From: Candidatus Poribacteria bacterium
GTDB lineage: Bacteria > Poribacteria > WGA-4E > WGA-3G
Assembly: GCA_022821725.1 (NCBI GenBank)
Contig: JAJEDB010000089.1
Coordinates: 4,074-68,073, forward strand
Direction of reading: 5' to 3'
Length of the DNA: 64,000 nt
Each line of letters starts with the position of its first letter. Position 1 is the first letter of the stretch. The notes under the pieces are model-generated. The model was not told where the DNA came from, searched no databases, and saw nothing but the letters and a program-made list of their open reading frames with translations. The translations under genes and the position numbers were made by a program. Below are positions 58,293 to 64,000 of the stretch, piece after piece.

Positions 58293-60269
58293 ATGACACC
58301 TCCTGCCGCGTATCATTCCCAGAACCTGCCGCAAACCGCCTATCCTGCTCACACTGGACTCACACTGCGAAGCGTCCTCATCGGTATGGGAGCCGTGGTA
58401 TGCCAATGCTTCGCTACCCCCTATAATGATTTCCACGTCGGTGGCACGTATCTCGCAGGAAATCACTTGCCGATCGCCGTCGTCTTCGTAATGCTGGTTT
58501 TCGTCCTCAGCGTCAATGTGCTCCTGAAAAGATTGAAACGCGGTATTGAACTACAAGGCAGTGAACTCCTCATCATTTGGGGGATGATGATAGTCGCCTC
58601 GGGTATCCCTTCCTCGGGGTTGATGCGATACCTCGTTCCCCTCGCTGTCAGTCCAGTCTACTTCGCAACCGCGGAAAACGAGTGGATCACCCTCTTTCAT
58701 CAGCACCTCCCAGATTGGATGGTTGTGAAAGATCCGAAAGCGGTTTTCTATTTTTATGAACAATTACCCGAGGGCGATTCGATCCCGTGGCGGGCATGGT
58801 TAAAGCCTATTGTCGGGTGGAGTGCGTTTGTCCTCATTTTTTATTTCGTTACCATCTGCTGGACAGTGCTTCTCCGCAAGCAGTGGGTAGAACACGAACG
58901 TTTCACATTTCCGATTGTTCAATTGCCGCAGGAGATGTTGCAATCCCCTTCAGGGGGTGCACTTCTGAATCGGTTCTTCACATCGCGGCTGATGTGGTTC
59001 GGTTTCACGCTGCCACTCATATTGCACGGGTTGCGGGGACTGCACTCTTACTTCCCAGCCTTCCCGAGGCCGCCCCTCGATTTCCCGATTGCTCAATTCT
59101 TCACCGAAAAACCGCTATCCGCGTTGGGATGGTGGCCCACGGTGCACCTGTTTATCTACCCTTCCATCGTTGCCATCGTCTATCTGCTGACCCTTGAAAT
59201 CTCGTTTAGTTTCTGGTTCTTCTTCCTGCTCGGAAAGATGGAGACGGTGCTTATCTACGCAACAGGTTCGAAAGTGAATCAGTGGAACTTCCACCAGAAT
59301 CAACAGATGGGTGCGCTGCTCGTCTTTATCGGATTTATCCTCTTTATCGGGAAACGGCACTTCGGACGGGCATTCGCTACTATTTTCGGGAAACGGGTAA
59401 GCGATGATACCAACGAACCGCTACCTTATGTTTGGGCGGTCGGTGGTTTAATCGTAGGGGTTCTACTGCTTACACTGATATGTCGCCTGGCGGGGATGAG
59501 TGTGTGGGTGGCACTCGTTATGCTCGGGATTTTCCTCGCTATAACGACAGTCGGAACGTGGATGGTTGCAAATGGTGGCTTACTGTTTATCATCTATTCT
59601 TTCCTACCGGGTGAATTCCTGATTACGTTGTTCGGCAGTTCCCGTGTGAACGCCCCGAGTTGGACCTTGATCGCTTATGAACGGGTCTTGATGTTCGATA
59701 TGCGGGAGATTCTGATGCCGGGTGTGATGAACAACTTCAAACTCGCGGAACCGCTACGTCTCAAGCAGCGTCCGTTCCTGCTTGCGATGGGGATCGCAAT
59801 CGTTTTAGCGATGGGTGTCTCCTACTATACGTCCTTAGACCTCGCTTATACGCACGGCGCGGTGAACCTGCAACACTGGACCTATATGATCTCCACAACC
59901 GTCCCCTTCACCCGACTCACGAGCATCCTCCAAAACCCGACAGGTATTGAATTGGAACGGCTCGGTTCGTTCATCTTCGGGGGTGCCACGATGTTCGGGA
60001 TGCTCTGGATGCGACATCACTATCTGTGGTGGAAACTTCACCCAATCGGTGCGCTCTTGATAACCAGTTACGCGTCCTTCTGTTTTTGGGGTTCCTTCTT
60101 CATCGGGTGGCTGTTCAAATACACCGTCCTGAAGTTTGGCGGCGTTACCCTCTATCGTAAACTCCGTCCCTTTGTATTAGGGATCGTATTAGGCGAGTGT
60201 TTCATCGGCGGCATATGGATTGTCGTTGGGCTTTTTACGGGCATTGGGTATCGCTTGTTGCCGGGCTAA
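58293..60269 (+). CDS. Polytopic membrane protein of unknown function, paralogue of 50629-52515
   Basis: See the shared blocks above. 658 aa, about 14 TM segments. Confidence 0.6.
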   Translation: MTPPAAYHSQNLPQTAYPAHTGLTLRSVLIGMGAVVCQCFATPYNDFHVGGTYLAGNHLPIAVVFVMLVFVLSVNVLLKRLKRGIELQGSELLIIWGMMIVASGIPSSGLMRYLVPLAVSPVYFATAENEWITLFHQHLPDWMVVKDPKAVFYFYEQLPEGDSIPWRAWLKPIVGWSAFVLIFYFVTICWTVLLRKQWVEHERFTFPIVQLPQEMLQSPSGGALLNRFFTSRLMWFGFTLPLILHGLRGLHSYFPAFPRPPLDFPIAQFFTEKPLSALGWWPTVHLFIYPSIVAIVYLLTLEISFSFWFFFLLGKMETVLIYATGSKVNQWNFHQNQQMGALLVFIGFILFIGKRHFGRAFATIFGKRVSDDTNEPLPYVWAVGGLIVGVLLLTLICRLAGMSVWVALVMLGIFLAITTVGTWMVANGGLLFIIYSFLPGEFLITLFGSSRVNAPSWTLIAYERVLMFDMREILMPGVMNNFKLAEPLRLKQRPFLLAMGIAIVLAMGVSYYTSLDLAYTHGAVNLQHWTYMISTTVPFTRLTSILQNPTGIELERLGSFIFGGATMFGMLWMRHHYLWWKLHPIGALLITSYASFCFWGSFFIGWLFKYTVLKFGGVTLYRKLRPFVLGIVLGECFIGGIWIVVGLFTGIGYRLLPG

Positions 60270-60438
60270 ATGGTAAATTTCCATACAAAGATTTGCCCTC
60301 TTACTAAAAACTATGTTAAAATAAATATAAGTTTCAACCGTTATCCAAAGAATTTTTAATGCCCTTTGGGATTATAAATAGAAAGACTTTTACTCAACTC
60401 CTTCGCTAATTGTCGGACCTTAGATTTGGAGGGAAAAG

Positions 60439-61935
60439 ATGGCAAAAAAGAAAAAGCGCCAGAAAAAATCACAACAGAAAAATTACTCTAAGATTTCGGC
60501 GCACAAACGCCAAGGCAAAAAATTAATTCCACCTTTAGTTGATAACTTCGATTTTACCAATTCTTCGTGGATAGATGACCGCTTGCCTGAAATGCTCTGG
60601 GCGATTCTTCTTGTGACACACCTACCCCGAGAAGACGCACTAAATGTATTCCGAAAGGTTGCTAAATACATTGAAGACCTACCAAGCGAAGACAAATTTT
60701 ATGATGTCACACACACAGGGCTTTCAAAACTATCGTCTGAACGTCTAGATGATGTGCTGGCAATTATTACCGATCAGCAGGAGCAAAAGGAAGTCTTAGC
60801 TTCCCTTTTGTTACTTGATGAACTTCCGGGACAAGAAGCTTGGGCAAAAGCATTGAATGTTGATAGGATCGACGATGATTGGAACCTCCTGATGGAGTCG
60901 GTAGGACATACTCTTTGGCATCAAACTCAGGAATCAACTGATTGTCGATGGCTGAAAGTGCTTTGCCGGATGATGGCTGGAAAATTGCAAATTGCTTTTG
61001 AAAATCCTGAAGATAGCAGACAACGAGTTAACGAAATCCTATACTATCCCGACTGTGGCGATCCAAGTCACGTCAGAGCTTCAATTCGAGCCACTGAAAT
61101 TACACCGGCCCCTTTGTCATCAAATCAGACTGGATGGGCAGCAAAGTTTTGGAGTGAGTGTTTAGCCAAAACTCCCTGCTTTCCTATCAATACGAACTTC
61201 CCCAGCAGGGAAATTTTGACAGGCACAACACGGGAACGTTTGAGTAAAGTATACAATCTTTTGATTGAACATACGCATCACACACGAACAACCAGTGGTG
61301 TTGACGCGCGGCACGATGCTGTTTTCGGGTTAGGGCTGTACAGTCTCAGCCTACTTCAAGAATTACTGCAAGTTGGAAGTTGCAACTCAATTAGTAGCAG
61401 AACAACCCTGAGGACAATCGCAGAGAGTTTTATCACTTTAGCCTACCTCGCTAAAAAGGACGACGCTGAACTTTGGCAAAAATATCGTGTGTATGGCACA
61501 GGTCAGGTAAAAAAGGTGTTTTTAAAGCTGGACGATTCACAAACCGAAATCCCTCATTTTGTTGATCTCACCACCTTAGAACAGTTAGCAAATGAGGATA
61601 TGTGGCAGGAATTCCAGACTATTGACCTCGGACACTGGGCTGACACGAACTTACGAAAAATGAGTGAAGAAGTAGGCGTGAAAGATGTTTATGATCGCTT
61701 TAACGATTGGACAGCTACATTTTCTCACGGGCATTGGCCCGCTATTCGTGATGCAGTTTTTGATACCTGCGGGAATCCGTTACACCGGTTACACCGTATC
61801 CCGCGTCAATCACCACGCGCATTACCAGATGTAGTTCCGGATGCGTGCCAATTAGTTGACCAAATCTTGGAAATTGTATCGCAGCTCTATCCTCATTTCC
61901 AAGATAGGGTTACTCTTGAAGAGAGGCACCTATAG
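60439..61935 (+). CDS. Hypothetical protein (498 aa) with a Lys-rich N-terminus, in an AT-rich island
   Basis: AGGGAAAAG ahead of the ATG. MAKKKKRQKKSQQK N-terminus. No TM segment and no Walker motif. Local GC content is clearly lower than in the rest of the window. Confidence 0.5.
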   Translation: MAKKKKRQKKSQQKNYSKISAHKRQGKKLIPPLVDNFDFTNSSWIDDRLPEMLWAILLVTHLPREDALNVFRKVAKYIEDLPSEDKFYDVTHTGLSKLSSERLDDVLAIITDQQEQKEVLASLLLLDELPGQEAWAKALNVDRIDDDWNLLMESVGHTLWHQTQESTDCRWLKVLCRMMAGKLQIAFENPEDSRQRVNEILYYPDCGDPSHVRASIRATEITPAPLSSNQTGWAAKFWSECLAKTPCFPINTNFPSREILTGTTRERLSKVYNLLIEHTHHTRTTSGVDARHDAVFGLGLYSLSLLQELLQVGSCNSISSRTTLRTIAESFITLAYLAKKDDAELWQKYRVYGTGQVKKVFLKLDDSQTEIPHFVDLTTLEQLANEDMWQEFQTIDLGHWADTNLRKMSEEVGVKDVYDRFNDWTATFSHGHWPAIRDAVFDTCGNPLHRLHRIPRQSPRALPDVVPDACQLVDQILEIVSQLYPHFQDRVTLEERHL

Positions 61936-61990
61936 TCAGTGAATTTTGTAATTATTTAGATGTAGCAAATATCAGAACAAAGGTTTTATT

Positions 61991-62530
61991 ATGATAAAAA
62001 ATACGATACTGCTAGTATCAGATGAAGCGATGCCGAAAGATCTCTATAACAAGGTACCCAGTCGTTTGCTATCTCTATTTACATCCCCAGTTATTAAGGG
62101 GAACGATATTGTCTATCCTACTTTTGTTGGAGAGGATGCCCAAATTGAGAACATCGGTGAATTTAGCCGTCCAATTCCAAGTTGTACTGCATTCGCGTTC
62201 CGAGCGGACTGGCAAGAAACCAATACTGAACTTGAAATAGCATACGTTAAGATGAATGATAAAACTGAAACGGCGGTGTCGTTAATTGGTATGTATTCCG
62301 AATGTTCACAGAAATATCCTTACCCTATCAAAAGTATATTTGATGGGAAATTTTGGGAAAAATTACCTATGATGACACATGAAACATTCCGTTTTTATCT
62401 TGAGAATTTGGGAATGTATGTTACAATGCTGGCAATACCCCATTTAGCGGATAAATATAATACGAAAATCGGATTGTCTTGCCATGGATTTAAAGAATGG
62501 TGTTCAATAATGGATTCGCATCTTCCCTAG
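61991..62530 (+). CDS. Hypothetical protein (179 aa)
   Basis: Coherent ORF in the same AT-rich island. No motif recognised. Confidence 0.4.
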   Translation: MIKNTILLVSDEAMPKDLYNKVPSRLLSLFTSPVIKGNDIVYPTFVGEDAQIENIGEFSRPIPSCTAFAFRADWQETNTELEIAYVKMNDKTETAVSLIGMYSECSQKYPYPIKSIFDGKFWEKLPMMTHETFRFYLENLGMYVTMLAIPHLADKYNTKIGLSCHGFKEWCSIMDSHLP

Positions 62531-62569
62531 CACCATCTACCCTTTTGCCTTAAGTTGACAGGATTCCCA

Positions 62570-64000
62570 ATGAACAAACTTTACTTCGGTGACAACTTAG
62601 AAATTCTACGTGAAATGCCAGATGAATGCGTTCATCTGATATGCACCGATCCGCCCTTCAACAGCGGACGCGACTACAATACATTCCTAGGTGACTCCCT
62701 TGCACAGAAAAAAGCGTTTACCGATACATGGACGTGGGACACCGCTGCACAAGATGCCCGTGCCGACATCGAACAACGGGCATTTTCCAGCGATACCTAC
62801 AAGGCATTGGATACCTGTCTGAAGGGTTATGATTTAGTCCTACAAAACGCGGTCTCCGGCAACAAAGGCGCGATGCGCGCATACCTTGCTTTTATGGGGC
62901 CCCGCCTCGCTGAGATGCACCGTATACTTACACCAAATGGCAGTATATACTTGCACTGCGACCCGACTGCTTCACACTATCTCAAAGGCATGATGGATGC
63001 TATCTGGGATCAGGAAAACCATAGTAAGAATGAATCTTTTCGGAATGAAATCGTGTGGTCATATCGTCGTTGGCCTGCAAAACATCCGAATTTTCAGCGA
63101 ATGCACGACGTTATCTTGCGTTATGCTAAAGGCACAAATGTAACTTGGAATCAACTATACGAACCAAGACCGGCATCAACCCTCAAAAGATTTGGGAGTA
63201 AGAAAATCAAGAGTGCCTTCGCGCAAGATGGGAAACGCATACCTTCTGAGATGATGAGTGAAGAATCCGAAGGAGTACCCCTCAGGGATGTGTGGGAAAT
63301 AAGTGTAATTGCCCCATCTGCCAAGGAACGCCTCGGTTACCCCACACAGAAACCGCTCGCCCTTTATGAACGCATGATAAAAGCCTCCAGCAATGAAGGC
63401 GATATTGTATTGGATCCGTTCTGTGGTTGCGGGACAACTATTGATGCCGCACATACCCTTAATCGACAGTGGATGGGTATAGACATTACAATCCTCGCTT
63501 TGGATCCGATGCGACAACGGTTGACAGACCGACATGGATTAGAGCCTTCCGTTGACTACCAAATCGAAGGCTATCCCACCAACATGCAGGAAGTCCGCAG
63601 ACTTCTAAAAGATGGCGATAGACGGAAATATCACGACTTTTCCAATTGGGCAGTGACGAGGCTGGGACTCAGACCAACGAAAGACGTTGGGGATGGCGGT
63701 CTTGATGGTGTTGGTCAAGTTACTTTATGGAATCCGCAGGTCATGAAAGAAACGGAGGCACGTATTCTCGCTGAAGTCAAAACTGGCAAACCGACGATCA
63801 CCCAAGTTCGTGCCTTCTGCCGTGTGATGGATAAAAACAACGCCGAAGTTGGTATTTTTATTACTCTTGAACCCGTAACCGCGAGCATGCGGCAAGAGGC
63901 ACAGGATATGGGCCGTTTTGAGCACAACCACCAAACCTATCCCCGCCTCCAATTCTGGCAGATAGATGATGAATACTTCAACAACCCAGATATTATCAAC
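62570..64000 (+). CDS. DNA methyltransferase (beta-class N6A/N4C, DPPF…FxGxG order) fused to a C-terminal Mrr-like PD-(D/E)xK nuclease domain; 3'-partial
   Basis: I translated the frame by hand: it is open from ATG 62570 to the window end (477 codons) and is absent from the ORF track because it has no stop. Motif IV is CTDPPFNS. Motif I is VLDPFCGCGTT, preceded by the PTQKP region. The C-terminal part has VGDGGLDGVGQV…AEVKTGKP, resembling Mrr catalytic GDGGIDG…ExK. Confidence 0.65.
   Translation, partial: MNKLYFGDNLEILREMPDECVHLICTDPPFNSGRDYNTFLGDSLAQKKAFTDTWTWDTAAQDARADIEQRAFSSDTYKALDTCLKGYDLVLQNAVSGNKGAMRAYLAFMGPRLAEMHRILTPNGSIYLHCDPTASHYLKGMMDAIWDQENHSKNESFRNEIVWSYRRWPAKHPNFQRMHDVILRYAKGTNVTWNQLYEPRPASTLKRFGSKKIKSAFAQDGKRIPSEMMSEESEGVPLRDVWEISVIAPSAKERLGYPTQKPLALYERMIKASSNEGDIVLDPFCGCGTTIDAAHTLNRQWMGIDITILALDPMRQRLTDRHGLEPSVDYQIEGYPTNMQEVRRLLKDGDRRKYHDFSNWAVTRLGLRPTKDVGDGGLDGVGQVTLWNPQVMKETEARILAEVKTGKPTITQVRAFCRVMDKNNAEVGIFITLEPVTASMRQEAQDMGRFEHNHQTYPRLQFWQIDDEYFNNPDIIN

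Noticed and set aside
1-64000. tRNA, rRNA, tmRNA or RNase P genes
   Set aside because: I found no stretches with a T-loop GTTCRANYC plus acceptor complementarity, and no rRNA-like conserved blocks, by eye. The intergenic spaces are short apart from the repeat-bearing ones. This is an unaided visual scan, so a tRNA could still have been missed.

Overview
The window is a 64 kb, roughly 50% GC, gene-dense bacterial chromosomal segment with about 50 protein genes. Most genes have Shine-Dalgarno-like sequences upstream. I could not identify any rRNA, tRNA, CRISPR array, transposase or integrase by eye.

Main contents, from start to end:
- NHL-repeat beta-propeller proteins, one 5'-partial and fused to a beta-barrel-like C-terminus, next to a His/Asp-rich NicO/RcnA-like Ni/Co efflux protein.
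- A pair of fused ABC exporter subunits (transmembrane domain plus ATP-binding domain in one polypeptide).
- Two highly similar paralogous single-polypeptide fusions of an ECF sigma factor, a transmembrane helix and a BNR/Asp-box beta-propeller (995 and 981 aa). They bracket a coiled-coil repeat protein, an ABC-2 permease, a TonB-dependent-receptor-like outer-membrane barrel and a lipoprotein.
- A sugar/oxidoreductase block: MOSC, NagB-like, four Gfo/Idh/MocA oxidoreductases, PhyH, two xylose-isomerase-like TIM barrels, and an ABC-2 transporter.
- A tricorn-protease homologue, followed by a HigB/HigA-like toxin-antitoxin pair.
- An acetate-kinase-family enzyme, a cysteine-synthase-family enzyme, DUF1015, an alpha/beta hydrolase, a CinA-like protein, IF-1 with an unusual basic N-terminal extension, a J-domain protein and an SDR.
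- A VapC (PIN) toxin with an atypical upstream partner.
- Two paralogous ~630-660 aa polytopic membrane proteins flanking EndoIII-like, ATP sulfurylase and Zn-ADH genes.
- An AT-rich terminal island (60.3-64 kb) with two unknown proteins and a 3'-truncated beta-class DNA methyltransferase carrying a C-terminal Mrr-like nuclease domain.

Non-coding signals:
- A precisely spaced tripartite motif (ATGCACCCTT-N20-TTAATT) upstream of both sigma-fusion genes and the ABC-2 permease.
- A family of short interspersed intergenic repeats, including a conserved translation-initiation leader CCGCAAGGAAAATTAAAA-ATG.
- A MITE-like element bounded by inverted repeats.
- Several tandem or duplicated segments.

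Coordinates of small motifs are accurate to about +/-2 nt. No database searches were possible, so all family assignments rest on motif recognition.
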